The notes under the pieces: generated by a model
What the model was told of the DNA's origin: nothing
Seen by the model: the letters and a program-made list of their open reading frames with translations, nothing else
Databases searched by the model: none
Source: Callorhinchus milii
Taxonomy: Eukaryota
NCBI RefSeq assembly: GCF_018977255.1
Contig: NW_024704743.1
Span: 13,332,001 to 13,396,000 of the forward strand
Length of the DNA: 64,000 bases
Direction: 5' to 3'
Made by a program: the position numbers and the translations under genes
Shown: piece by piece, positions 24,740 through 38,022 of the stretch
How positions within the stretch are numbered: position 1 is the first letter of the stretch
Layout of the letters: the number at the start of each line of letters is the position of its first letter

Positions 24740-26915
24740 GTTGGTGGCCCACCTCTTGCACTGATCCACTCACTGCGCTTACTCTTCTCCACAGCACCCT
24801 CTCCGCCACACTCGATGCCCTTGCCTCCCTCACCTCCTGAACTGTCTCCTACTCCCGATCCTTACCCTGGTTCACCAGCCACCTCTGCTTGCTTAAGGGC
24901 CAGGTGTGGGCTGTCGAACGCACTTGGCTCAAATCCGGCCTAATGGTCCACCGCCACATCTGGCTGGACCTCATCAAAACCTACTGCTCCGCTCTTGCTT
25001 CAGTCAAATCATCCTTCTATTCCAGGTTAATCCTGGAGGCGAAGGGCAACCCCAGGCTCCTGTTCTCCACCACCAAATAGCTCCTCCGCCCTCACCGGCA
25101 CGCCTCGCAGATTCTTTCCTCTGATTCTCACTGCGAGAAAATGCTGGACTTCCTCGAGTCCAAAATCAAAGGAATCCACTCAGCTGCCACTGCCCCCCCA
25201 ACTTCCACCCCTCCCTACCCCCACCCCACACTCCGACAATTACCCATCCCTCCTTCCACACCTTTGAACCTGTCAACCCCTCCTCTGTCTTCACCACCAT
25301 ATCCTCCGTGAAGCACACCACCTGGAACCCATCCCCACCCCTCTCCTTAAATCCCAGCTCCATCTCCTTGCCCCATTACTTGCCGACATCATCAACCCTG
25401 TCATCTGGCACTGTTCCTTCCCCCCTCAAACAGCCATCATCACCTCCACCTTGAAGAAACCTTCTCTTGACCAATCACAGCTATCCAGCTACCAGCCCAT
25501 CTCAAACCTCCCTTTCCTATCCAAGGTCCTTGAGAGAGTTGTTGCCTCCCAGCTTCGCTCTTTCCTCTCCTCCCACTCCCTCCATGAGCCCTGCCAATCG
25601 GGTTTCCGTGCTGCCCATAGCACAGAAACTGCTCTGGTCAAGGTCACAAATGACATTCTGACCATGTGTGACCAGGGCTCCCTCTGCCTCCTCATCCTCT
25701 CCACTGCCTTTGACACCATGGACCATTCAAACCTCCTCCCACCTCAACCTTCAAGTTCTGTCCTTGACTGGTTCAGGTCCTATCTTTCACACTACCTCCA
25801 CTTTGTCATAGCAGATGGCTTCTCCTACAGCCCCCGCACCATCTTGTGTGGTGTTCCTCAGAGCTCTGTCCTCGATCCCCTCCTTTTCACCCTCTACATG
25901 CGCCCCCTTGGTGACATCATCCACAGACATGGGGTAAATTTCCACATGTATGCGGATGACACCCAACTCTATCTCTCTGCCTCCACCCTCAACTCCAGGA
26001 CTACTGGCGACCTGACCAACTGCCTGTCTGACATCAAGTCCTGGACGAGGGCCAACTTTCTCCAATTCAACGCCAGCAAGACTGAGGCCCTCCTGATTGG
26101 CTCACACCAGCACTTCCGCACCTCGGGCGCTGGCAGCATCAGCCTCCACGGCTGCACACTCAACCTCACTAAGCCAGTCAGGAACCTGGGTGTCTTGTTT
26201 GACCCTGAACTGTCTTTTCTCCCCCACATCCGCGCCATGACCGGCACTGCCTACCACCACCTCCGCAACATTGCCAGACTCCGCCACTGCCTCACCCCTC
26301 AGGCTGCTGAAACCCTCACCCACACGTTAGTCACATCAAGGCTTGATTACGTTTTTCTTTTTTTTGATTATCCCTCCTCATCGGCCTTCCCAACTCCTCT
26401 CTCCACAGGCTGCAGATCATCCAAAACTCTGCAGCTTATGTCTCTCCCGCGCTAGACTCCTTGACCCTATCACCCCATCCTTGCCCAACTCCACTGGCTC
26501 CCCATCACACAGAGGATACAGTTCAAGATCCTGGTCCTCACCTTCAAAGCCCTCCATGGTCTTGCTCCTCCCTACCTCTCCGACCTCCTACCATCCTGTT
26601 TGCTCCCTCTGCTCAGCGGGCTCTGCCCTGCTTCACGTCCCCCGCGTTACTCACCCCACTATCGGCAGGCGGGCTTTCCGCCACTATGCACCCATCCTCT
26701 GGAACTCCATCCCGTAGACCCTCTGTCTCGCCCCCTCCCTTACAACCTTCAAGACCCACCTCAAGACCCTTTACTTTGACCGTGCTTTCAATCTACCTGC
26801 TTCCCCCCCTGCACTCCCCGACCCTCAGCTTAGGTCCGAAACTCTGTCTGTCCAGGGCCTTGGGACGTCCTCCCAACGTGAAAGGCGATATATAAATGTA
26901 ATTTTGTTGTTGTTG
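24740..26915 (+). mobile_element. Longest L2 copy (~2.2 kb), ORF2 RT region, decayed
   Basis: ORF 25451..26455 has KKPSLD..YQPISNLPFLSKVLERVV..QSGFRAAHSTETALVKVTNDIL..AFDTMDH..GVPQSSVL..YADDTQLY. Stem-loop and (TTG)n tail at 26862-26915. Confidence 0.95.
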
Positions 26916-27674
26916 TAAATGTTCAAAGCCAAAGACTTTATAATGACTTCAAATGAACTTTTCAGAACCACCTTAGTAAAACAAAAGTGTAGAGGAATGC
27001 TAAGCAAGTCGATTTTAATTGACTGATATAAATGTTCACTGTTTTTTAAAAAAATATGGCATGAAGGCTATGTAATTGCAATAGTTTAAATAATTTGGCA
27101 TCGACACTGAAAAGGAGACGTCTCCTTGCTGGAATGAGCAGAATGAATGGAAATATCTCCATTGTGTTTTCCCTCCCGATTACTGCCTTTAGGATTTGAA
27201 AACAAACACACTGGCCGGCTTTCCTAATGTCTGAGATGGCACAAACTTTTTATCATCTGAAATAGGAGCAGATCATTGTGCAACGGTTGGAATCGTTCTG
27301 GTACTATTAAAGGCAGTAAGTCGTGTTTCACAATATCACATTGAATTATTACATTGAACCTATTGCAAGTTTCATCCCATGAATGTAAAATTGCCTGTCT
27401 TTTCTGCATATTAGGGTCAAATTAGCAATAAGTTCAGTATGTGTCACACTGGCAGACACCCCCAGCATGCTGGGAGATGTCCATGAAGCACTATACCTGT
27501 GAATGTGCAATCCAGTGTTGTGCACTTGTCTTCACCAATGAGAACGATGGTTTAGGGTGGGGTGGGGAGGGATTCTTCTTCCTGTAGATCCAGGTGCATT
27601 TGATGTGCTGATTATTAAGTTGTGGTAGAATGCTTGAACATTTGTGTTTGATATCATGTTTTTTTACACCAGGA

Positions 27675-28032
27675 GGGGGTCTCTATAAGTGCCGCACAGG
27701 GTTTACAGTGACGTTTAGTTGCTATGTATTTTGCAGGCGAGCACAGCAATGTTCCACAAAGAGCCATGAAGTGAATGACAAGTTTAATTTGGGGAATTGT
27801 TTGCCAGGACACTAGAAGAAACTCCCTTCTCTTCTCAAATAATGCCTTAGAATCTTTAATGTCCACCTGAACCGGCAGTCAGAACCTCAGTTTAACGAGT
27901 CATCCGACGAATGGCAATGCACCACATGCTCAACACTGTCAGCTTAGATCATATGATTTCAAAGTCCCAAAGTGTGGCTTGAACCCATAACCTTCTGACT
28001 CAGAGGCGAGATTGCTACCAACTGAGCCAGCA
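27675..28032 (-). mobile_element. Old SacSINE1/DeuSINE-like element
   Basis: Head gcttgaaccc..accttctgactcagaggcgagattgctaccaactgagcca plus Deu-like body on the minus strand. Confidence 0.8.
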
Positions 28033-28829
28033 TAGTGTACCAATGCATAATAATCCTTACAGTGCCTTTCACATCAGGAGGACATCTCAAAGCGCTGCAC
28101 AGGATGTACTGTAAATTGTAGTGACTGTGTGTTTTGTGGGCCAATATTAAGAGTTCTTTAGGCAACTTTCTTCTGGGTTCAGGTTGTAAATATTCTTGAG
28201 TACTTTATGCTGTGATGTATAAAAATGCTTACATTCCCATGTCTTTTTAATTTGCTTCCAATTCCCAATTAGTTCTCCCTTTCCTGTTTCTTTGGAGTTT
28301 ACCTCCTCGCTCATCTTGTGTATGGCACCACTGTTCCTAAGATGACCCCATTGTGTGCTGTGCTGAGAAAGGCCTATTTTTTCTCCCTTTCATATGTTTC
28401 TGTGAGCTGCTGTGTTAGAGCAAAGTGTGCCCCGTGCAATCAATTTACGCAGTACTCATGCTGTTCTTGTGGACTTGACATTAATTCAATCCGTGTGTAT
28501 TTTGTATTTTTATGCCATGCTAATGATAAAACAGTGCACATGCTTTCCAAATATATCCATATTCCCAATAAGGTATGGCCAAAACCACAGAGGAAATTCT
28601 TGATCCTTTCCAAATTATTTCTATGTCCCAGTTTTTCTTTGTATTTGAAGCTTTCTGTTCTTCTCTGAAGTACCCCACAAATTGTTATTCTTATCATTGA
28701 GTACTAGTGTGAAATTTACTGCTCAACACAAAAACAAACCAGGAAAGTACCTTTTTTAAAATTAGTTTGTCCATTTTTTTCTACCTTTCTCCCTTCCACT
28801 TTGTTCCCGGTCAGGCCTCCTCTTGCTGG

Positions 28830-29190
28830 GGTGTGGTTCTATGGTTGCTGGTTTTCTCTAGTGCTCCGCCCAAGTGGCCATGGTTCATGTATGAGTCTCA
28901 GCAGTGAGTCTCGCCAGGCCACTTGACTGTAAAGGAATCACAGCTGAGCCTGGCCTCTCCCCACACTACTGACACATTCTCATAACCAATAGATGGTGCT
29001 GAAGAGGGACTAGGAGCAAAAACCTTGCCTGGGTTGTCCTGCCCTAATATTAGGAAGGTAAGGACCAATTCAGCCTCCCCATCTAACCCCAGATTATATC
29101 AGCAAATTTAGCATACACCAGAATTCGAACCAGTGAGTTCCTGGTCTATAAGCTGCAGCTCTATCTAATACACCGTCTGCCCAATCGCCC
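28830..29190 (-). mobile_element. Old SINE, AmnSINE2-like
   Basis: Homologous to 4410-4690, with a B-box remnant (ttcgaacc at ~29124). Confidence 0.55.
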
Positions 29191-30404
29191 AAGACATCAT
29201 AAGGCAAATAGTTTGGATTTCAGGCATCAATTTATAGTTCACCCGAGACTGAGTTTTAGTTCACACCTAATTGTTCTAATTATGTCCAACATTGAAGTCT
29301 TACTTCCCTTCCATCTCCTTGTGGGAAGATGGCGGGCAAGGGTAGGTAAGCAAGGTCTCATTTGTGCTGAGCTGGCTCGGCCACAAAATATCAGAATCGA
29401 TTTGATCCTCTATGGTGGTCTCGGAAGACTGGTTCCTGAACCAAAAGGGTTCATAGTTCTCCAGACTACTGCTGAAGACAGACCAGTGAGCCTGGCTCTT
29501 TGGAAGGGCATGGATGGGCAGGCCAGTCACTGGCAACAGGGTTCCTGTGGTATGTGATTTTAGCTGGTTAAGTTCTAGCAGGTCCCCAAAGCATACTCCG
29601 GCATCCCCAAGCATTGATTCACACAACCCTTGCCTAATTATTTACAGAATTAATTAAGAAGGTTGTGTCCCTCCAGGGAGAGTGTATGCATTCCAGGTTT
29701 TTTTTTGTCAGCCAGGTGTGTGACACATGCGGAAACCCATCACCCGCTTAAGTGTATCCAAACCAAAGTGAAAATTCCACAAATGAATGCCACCTACTGA
29801 ATGGTCCAGTGTTCAAGATGCTGAATGAAGTGCACAAGATCCCCAGCTTAGTCTGCCTGCAGCACAATATTACCTGATAACACAGGTACTGCAAGTCTAT
29901 GTGGAAGTGGTAAGAATATATGGAACTTCGCAAGTAATTACTGAAAACATGTGGTGACTGGTATTACAGGCAAATGCTGCAGTCATTTTGCACACAACAA
30001 GATCCCCAAACATCCATGAACTAAATGGCTAATTTATCTGAGGGACTATTGGTCAGGACACAAGGAAGAACTCCAAAGCCTTGCAAAAATGAGGATACAC
30101 CTGGAATGATGCCACCTAGGGAAACAGCAGGACCTACAGCAGTGGTGCCAACTTTTATGGTCGGCCAACAGAATATATTTTTCTGATTGAATGTATCTTG
30201 ATTTGTGCCATAAATCAAGAAATATTCAATCAAGAAAAAACTGAAAACACACAACTGATTGAACACGTACTTACCTAGATTTTTACAAATGTTTGGGGGT
30301 GCGGGGTGCTTTTTGAAGGTCCACAGGACACAGGTTGGCCACACAGACCTAGAGTTTATAGTCTGCAGCAAGTAAGCTGTAAGGCACAGAGGGTGTATGT
30401 TTAC

Positions 30405-30713
30405 AATAATAATAATCCTTGCATTTGATACAGCGCCTTTCTAGTCTTCTAAACGTCTCAAAGTGCTTCACAGAATATACTATAAAGTGAATTGACTGTA
30501 TATTTGTGGGCGAAATGCAGCAGCAGCACACAGCAGTGTCCCACAAACAGTCGTGAATTGATTGACCAATTTATTATTGTGTTTTTTTTCTTGAGGGATT
30601 ATTATCAGGTGTGTGGAGTAAGGAAATTTGCCCAAGGCTTTGCCCTGCCGGGAATCGAACCCAGGTCTCTCACTTGCCAGACGAGTGTTCTAATCACAGA
30701 GCTGCAGGACTCC
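30405..30713 (-). mobile_element. tRNA SINE, short form with intermediate TAGAA loop
   Basis: Full head-body-tail match to the family. Confidence 0.9.
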
Positions 30714-31379
30714 AAGTTCAGAGCCAAGTTCACTTATCTGTAATGAATAATTATAATAAATCCTGTTGTATATCAATTCCAACTCTTCTTTCCCACCTCC
30801 AGGTCAATAACATTCCAGTCAATTATGATTGTCTATGTGCACATTCCACATCCCTGCCAGGAAAAAAGTATGATTTAGTGTGCAGTCATTGGGGAATGTC
30901 CGTTTATATGGTTTCAATGAACTGGAAATTCAGGGCACAAATATAGTTTTCAACCATATTGAATTGCAGCATTTCTAAGTTCACTTTAAACTTACAGAGA
31001 ATGTTTATCAAATAATAAAAAAATTGAGTGTTGAATGATTATCAGACTCTAATCATCTGATTAGGAATAGGTGATGAGAGCCATGGCCTCACAAGGACAT
31101 GTTCCCAAATTTAGCTGTTTTCAGCTGTTGGACAGAAAGCCACAGATTACAATTACCCCTCTCTACCCGCCCCCCCTCCCCTGCACTTCTCTTCCTCCAC
31201 CAACCACTCACTCAAGTCCCTTCCTCAGTAAGAGCGAGGCAGTTCAGTGAAGTTGGGCTTTTTTCTTAAAAGAGTGAATGACAGAAAAGAACAACAAGGA
31301 AGGTCCAAGAGGAATTAACTTGGAGCAGTGATTAGACAAACTACAACAACAAAATTACATTTGTATAGCGCCTACTAGG

Positions 31380-31835
31380 GTCTTCAGCCTTGAACGGAGG
31401 TATATCAAGTTTTAAATAAGATTGCAAAAGTAAACTCAGAACAATATTTTTAGATAAGACAGTGCAGCAGGACAAGGGCAATGGTCGCAAAGGACAATTT
31501 TAGGACAAATGCCACAAAATATTTCTTTACCCAGAGAATAATTAATGACTGGAACAGATAATCAGGAAGGGTGACTTCAGAGGCCAATGCACTGGATGGA
31601 TGTAACAAGTGGCTTGATGCTATGCTGGGAGGACTGTTAGATGGGGATTCTGCAAGGTGAAGTCAAATGGGCCGCAGGACCTTTGTCATCTGCAGAACTA
31701 AATAAATTTACAGCAAAGAAGGTTATTGTGTCTCTGCTGGCTCATTTAAGATCACTCAAACATCTCTTGTGATCAAAATGGGTTTTGAAACATGCCTTCA
31801 ATTTTTAAATTGAAGGAATGTTTCTCAATCAAGGA
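31380..31835 (+). mobile_element. Old CR1-like 3' end
   Basis: ttcagccttgaacggagg..tttctttacccagaga..tggaac and a 3' UTR shared with 17680-17975. Confidence 0.65.
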
Positions 31836-32824
31836 ATTACCCTTGGAACACTGATTTGATCACTCACTGGATCGCTATTATGACTCTTTGTATGGAAACT
31901 GTAGTCAACATATAAAGGGCCAACTCAAAGGTTTAACAAAATATTTATCGACATTTATGTGATTAGTTTTACTTTAGACAGTGAGTGCTGATAAATAGAA
32001 TAGGAAAGCAAAACAAGTAGCTACAGTTCTGCATGGTTATATGATTTCAGGTTAATCCCATCTCACAGATCCCATAAGCCAATTTCTTGGGGAGAGCGTG
32101 CAGGTTTGATTGGACATAAAAGGCTGAAAAACGATATTGCTTACTGTATATTAAATTAACAGCTGCACATACCACATGATGTCCCCTGACTCCCCTTTTA
32201 AGGCTATTTAGGGAAACTATACAAAAAGCATGTTGAAACATCACTTTTCCATAAAGGTGGACTTAATTGGTATAATGTTTTGTCAAAGTGAATCTTGCTT
32301 TCCAGTGTCAATCTTCACTCCACATTCAATGGAGTCACTCCATTCAATAGCCTTGCACAGAATAGCCCTGGTACAGCAGCGGTAATTTTAGTACATTTAC
32401 AGATTTAGTGATTTGAGTACAAGGATTAATCTCAAGGCTGTAAACAGGATTCATTATATAAAGATGGTTTATTTCCTTTTTCAGTGGCCCAAACAAACAA
32501 CAGATCTCAAATGCAAAAGGGGTGTATGTGTTATACAGTCAGGAAGACAAGTTGTTTAAAATCAGATAATTCACTTTCCCCTCGGTGCTATTTGCAGATA
32601 CCCTGAGTGCTGTTTGATGTACACACTGCAAAGTGGAAAGAACAAAGTTCATAGATTTAAAACCTGAAATGCTTAGATTAGCAATTTGACACACTGTTGA
32701 AAATGACTTTTTCCCTCAAGACTATTTTCACAATTACACATCAACAGGCGTGTGTGTAGTATGTGTTTGGTGGGGAGTGGTTTGAATAAAAAGTGGATTT
32801 TGAATCCTTTTAACTGAATTGCAG

Positions 32825-32973
32825 GATCAAGGACGTATAAATGAGATTGAAGCCTTCAGTAATTGAAGACACCTGGCTTCCCTTCCCCTGGCTTCGTAAT
32901 ACAGATCTAGCCAGAAGTCGGGATCCTGTATCATTCCAGCCACAGCTGGTTCCAGCACCCACTACCAAGAATG
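32825..32973 (+). other. Candidate internal exon (5' UTR or start-codon exon), 149 nt
   Basis: Acceptor ccttttaactgaattgcag| and donor ATG|GTAAGT in repeat-free sequence. Stops occur in all three frames near its 5' end. ATG 32841 is open to the donor, and the last three bases are also an ATG. Confidence 0.5.
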
Positions 32974-33624
32974 GTAAGTTTGATATTTCTTTACAATAAC
33001 CGATTACTTGGTATTTACATGATAGGATTGTTATATCCTTTCTCTGATTCCTCATGTTACCCAGGTGTGAAAGTACGAGCTAGGACAGTGGTGACCAGTT
33101 CAATAAACTGATTAAGAGCAACTTCACCAGTTTCGAAGTTGCAAAGAGGAGCATTTTGTGGTCAGGGGGTTGTATTCTGCAGAGATTCAATTACATGTTA
33201 CAATGCAACGAATATTATTATTATTACATGCTGATTTTGTAAATGATTGCAAAATTGTAAAGTAATACAAATGGATCAGGAATGCTTATTGGACAATCAA
33301 CGCAGTTAGATTCCTTGGTTACATATAATCCCTGAGATTTCTTCATGGTTCTTTGCTTGTGAGATTGGGGTGTCTTAAATCTCCTGGCGCCTGGTCTCCT
33401 AAAGCTTTGGGATCTTCTATTCACTAGTTAGGTAAATGTGTAGAGCTTGATTACATGAGCTGTTGCATTTAGACAAGGCACCTGTGTTTTTAATGTGGAA
33501 ATGGAAAATGTGCCTCAGGAACAGTTTTTCCCGCTGTTTGCGCTGAAATATTTTGAGGAGTGGGGAAAGATTTTTTCTCATCTGGGAATGGCAGTGCTGG
33601 GGAATTGAAAGCTTCTTGTTAATA

Positions 33625-34015
33625 AAATAATCCTTACAATTGTTGTAGTGCCTTTCACATGCGGAGAATGTCCCAAAGCACTTCATAGGACTTTAATGTA
33701 AAGTGGAGTGACTGTATATTTGTGGGTGAATGAGGCAGCTGGATTATGCACAGTAATGTCCCACAAATAGTCATGAAGTGAATCATTTTATCTGGGGGAT
33801 TGTTGGCTAGGACACCAGGAGAAACTCTTATTGAATAGTGCCATAATGCCCATATGAACAGACAGAGAGGACTTCAGTTTAATGTCTCATTTGAAGAATG
33901 GCACCTCCAACAGTGTGGCACACATTGCTGTGTAGGTATAGTACTGAGTCCCAGCATAGACTACAGAGTTCTAGGTCCCGACATGAGACTTCAATCACAA
34001 CCTTCTTGTACTGAG
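33625..34015 (-). mobile_element. Old SacSINE1/DeuSINE-like element
   Basis: Tail, Deu-like body, central block and decayed head. A similar copy lies at 35785-36110. Confidence 0.78.
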
Positions 34016-36764
34016 AGAATTAAATAAATATTTAAAACGAAGTATCAAAGATTCTGGGGAAAAGTAGGAGAACAAATCTAAACAGCTCTAATCTGTCTTT
34101 TAGTAAGACAGTCTGAATGCAGCTTCCCCACCCACCCACTTACACACACACCACAAGGCACATTACGCTGATCCTCTAGGTTCCTGTTACACTACACCTC
34201 TAGTATTTACCTAATTCTCTTTTAAAAGCTATTATGGACTCAGATTGAAGTGCTAATTATTGTAAAGCAATACATATTCTAACAGTCCAGGTAAACACAT
34301 TTTTTCTAACCTCCTTATATCTCTGGTGATGATTCTCAATTTAAGCAATCTTGTTATTGGCTTGCTGATGAGCAGAAACAATCTCGCTCTGGAAATAATT
34401 AAACTTAAGATCACAAGATTGGTTTGAATTCAGCACATATGATTTCATCATACCCACCTTTCTGTCCTCCCATCACAGGATCTTTTTAAATCAGTCCAGT
34501 TCCTGGCCCCCACCACTCTTCCTAAAAACTGTTCCAGTCATTAATTATCATGTGTAAAGAAAAAGCTTCCTGGTGTTTATTTGGAAATTGCTCTTTGCAA
34601 CTCTGACCTATACCCTCTTATTCTACTGTCTTGATGCATCCTACAGTATTCTTTTGGGCTACATTTTCAATCCCATTTAAAAATGTTATGCACTTCTAAC
34701 ACTTTGTTGCCCAGTTGCAGTGCTGATGGTTCTGACATGTCCCTGGGTAGGCTCGCAGTGAGAAGACTGTGGGGAATTGTACTGAAACAAGTCTTCTATT
34801 TTGTCTTTCATTCCCTTTGATGTTTTAGCATTGAAACATTTGGTCCGCTGAACTGGATAAAAGTCTCTCCTGAGAGTGTACTGTTACTAAAGACCTCTTA
34901 CTGCAACAGTCATGTGGAAGAAATAGCACACACAGCCCGCCCGCCCGTCTGTTATTACGAGTAAATGTAATCTGCAATCTCTCTGATCACTGGGGTGACC
35001 TAATCCAGCAAAATCAGGACAACGAGCAATATAGATCATATTATTTTAATTAATTTTGATCCTGTTTTGCTATACAAGTGTGAATTTGATTTCCCAATTG
35101 CCTGAGTAATTTGTCTGCTGTATTTAATATAGCATCATTGAAATATCTCTGAGTGCTTCACAGAATTTACTTCATGAGATGTGTATTTGTAGATGAAAAT
35201 CTTGTTGCTTGAAATGCATTTTAATCGAGTTTGGTTTTACTTCAGACATAGTTCCTTCATCCATTCCTCCCACCACCTCCCATAAACCGCCCACGGCTTG
35301 CCTGAAAAGTGAGCAGCACTTGCATTTTTATATGACATGCTTGTCTCCCTTAGAACCTGACATTGAAGAATAAATTTCACAGAAAGCACCAAGAATTCTG
35401 AATAAGTAGGAGTTTCAAAGGCACAAATATGGTACCAACTTTCTTTTCTTATTGCCAGCCTTCCTCGATATTTGGGAAAGGGCTCTGCAGACCAGAAACA
35501 AAGTGATGCCCAGCATCATAGTGGGAAACACCCAGTTGTCTCTGTGTTCCTTCTCTCCCGGTGGTACTCCCTCCGCACCTGGGATGGGAATGAATGCTGG
35601 CCCTGCCAGGGTCACTCGCATCCCAAAGATGCTTTTGGAAGATTGGTTAGCTTGTAGTGCTTCCTGGCAGATAGAGCTTCAATGTAAGATGAAGTACAGG
35701 GGGCACCAGATGTTCTCAAATGAGGAGTTTTTCAGCTCATATTGACACTGTCCCTATAAAGTGTTAATAGCTATGTTAATACATAATAATAATCCCTACA
35801 TTTGATATTATGCCTATAATGTTAAGAATGGCTTAAAGTTCATCACTAGGTGTAGTTATTGTGTATTTTTAGGCAGGCAATTTGCATACATCAAATTCCC
35901 ACAAATAGTCATGAAGTAAATGATAATTGTATCTGGAGGATTGTTGGCCAGGACTTTTCAATTATTACTATGGGATCTTTTATCAAAGTACTGCATGTCT
36001 TCCCCTGCATAGTGTCAGCCTAGACAAGGAGCTCAACATCCAAAACTGGGCTTGAACCCACAGCCTTCAGACCCAAAGGCGAGGTTGCTACCAACTGAAC
36101 AAAGCCAACACCTATATAAACATTTAAATTGCCACTGACGATAGAAAGAAATTGTGAAATGCAAAGGATTAAATACAGTTTACATTGTGTCACTGCTGGT
36201 AGACTTCACTCGGAAGATGTGTTGGAGTTTCTGATCTTAGACAGTAATATACTGAAAACCAACACACTGCAACAGTTAAATTATCATTGCCCAAGGCTGA
36301 TAACATTGAAGCACTTTTAAAATGAGACCATAATCACTCAAGACTGCAGACTGTATTTTAATTGCTTCAAAGGATTAGTGAGTATTCATTGAAAAATGAT
36401 TTTACAGGTGCAGTGCTGAGAGCAAAAAAGTTAGTTCTTGTGAAATTGTTTATCTCGCACTTTTGTTATACTACCCTAAGCAACATTGTTTTTGTCAGGG
36501 TGTAACACATTACGATGGTTTGGCATGAGGTATATTTACTGAAAGGAATTGCCAGCTTCTCAAAACCACACTAACCACTTGTCTCAATCCAATTTAAAGG
36601 CATCTTTTTAGCCATTTAGCTCAATCAAAGAAGAGATTATATTGAAACATAGGTCTCTAGCACTTTATGTTACAATATGAGTTTTTAAAGTGCACTTTCC
36701 ATGCACATTCAGTCTTCCCTTCTGGAAACGGGTAAACATGGGCCCCATTTGCTCTGTTCTTTGT

Positions 36765-37084
36765 GGAGTCCTGTAGCTCAGTGGTTAGAGCATTCGCTTT
36801 GCAAGCGAGAGACCTGAGTTCAATTCCAGGCAGAGGGCGAAACCTTGGGCAAGTTTCCTTACTCCACACGCCTAATAATAATCCCTCCAAAACCAAAAAC
36901 ATAATAAAAATTGGTCTTTTTCAATCTACGACTGTTTGTGGGACATTGCTGTGCGCAATTGGCTGCCACGTTCGCCCACAAATATACAGTCAATTCACTT
37001 TACAGTGTGTTCTGTGAAGCGCTTTGGGACGTCCTCCCGACGTGAAAAGCGCTATATCAAATGCAAGGATTATTATGATTATTA
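36765..37084 (+). mobile_element. tRNA SINE, short young subfamily
   Basis: Near-identical to 3018-3338, with the CTCCC-loop tail. Confidence 0.93.
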
Positions 37085-37201
37085 TAACCAGAGGTTCCTG
37101 TTTCTGAATTTCGGCAGGAATTTGGTTCACAAACGGCAGGGTGATCTGTTCATACTGGTCTAAAATAATCTGCCTTTACCACATTTAGGTATGTTTCCAA
37201 T

Positions 37202-37568
37202 GGAGTCCTGTAGCTCAGTGGTTAGTGCACTTGCTTCGCAAACGAGAGACCTGGGTTTGATTCCTGGCAGGGCAAACTTTGGGCAAGTTTCATTGCCACA
37301 CACACCTCTGTTCACCGAGCAGTAAGTAGGAACCCGGTTGTTAGTTGATTGGTGGATCTCTTTTCTGGGGGTAATAATTCCTTCAAAAAGAATAATAATT
37401 GGTCACTCAATCCATGACTGTTTGTGGGACACTGCTGTGTGTAATTGGCTGCCCATTTCGCCCAAAAAATGGTCAATTCACTTTACAGTATTTTCTGTGA
37501 AGCACTTTGAAACGTCTCGAAGATGTGATAAGGTGCTACATCAAATGCAAGGATTATTGTTGTTATTA
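37202..37568 (+). mobile_element. Long-form tRNA SINE
   Basis: Contains the ctctgttcaccgagcagtaagtaggaacccggttgttag segment and a TCGAA-loop tail. Confidence 0.9.
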
Positions 37569-37584
37569 CTCAGGCTCCAGATCT

Positions 37585-38022
37585 AATAATCCTTATAATT
37601 ATATAGCGCCTTTCATGTCAGGAAGACATCTCGTGACATGGCTTCACAGGATGTGCTGTAAAGTGTAGTGACTGTTATTTTGCAGGCAAATGCAGCAGCT
37701 AATTTTCACACAGCAATGTCCCACAGACAGCCATGAAGTGAATGATCAGTTTTATCTGGGGAAACGTTGGCCAAGACACAAGGATCGAAACCCCTTCTCT
37801 TTTTGATTAGTGTGATTGTACCCTTAACGTCTACCAGAAAAGGAAAATAGGACCTAGGTTCAATGTCTTATCCGAAGGACAGCACCTCCAACAATACAAC
37901 GCACTCCCAGAAATGCATTGAATTGTCAGCCTAGACTATACAGGTTCAAAGTCCGACTGGGGTTTGGACGCTCAACCTTCTGACTCAAGCAAGAATATTA
38001 CCAGTCCGAGCCATACTGACAC
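37585..38022 (-). mobile_element. Old SacSINE1/DeuSINE-like element
   Basis: Near full length and tail-to-tail with the preceding SINE. Confidence 0.8.

Noticed and set aside
25451..26455. Functional or domesticated reverse transcriptase
   Set aside because: 5'-truncated L2 with internal deletions, damaged motifs (QSSVLDP) and a frameshift.
29300..29626. 108 aa minus-strand ORF
   Set aside because: No recognisable homology, and the length is compatible with chance.
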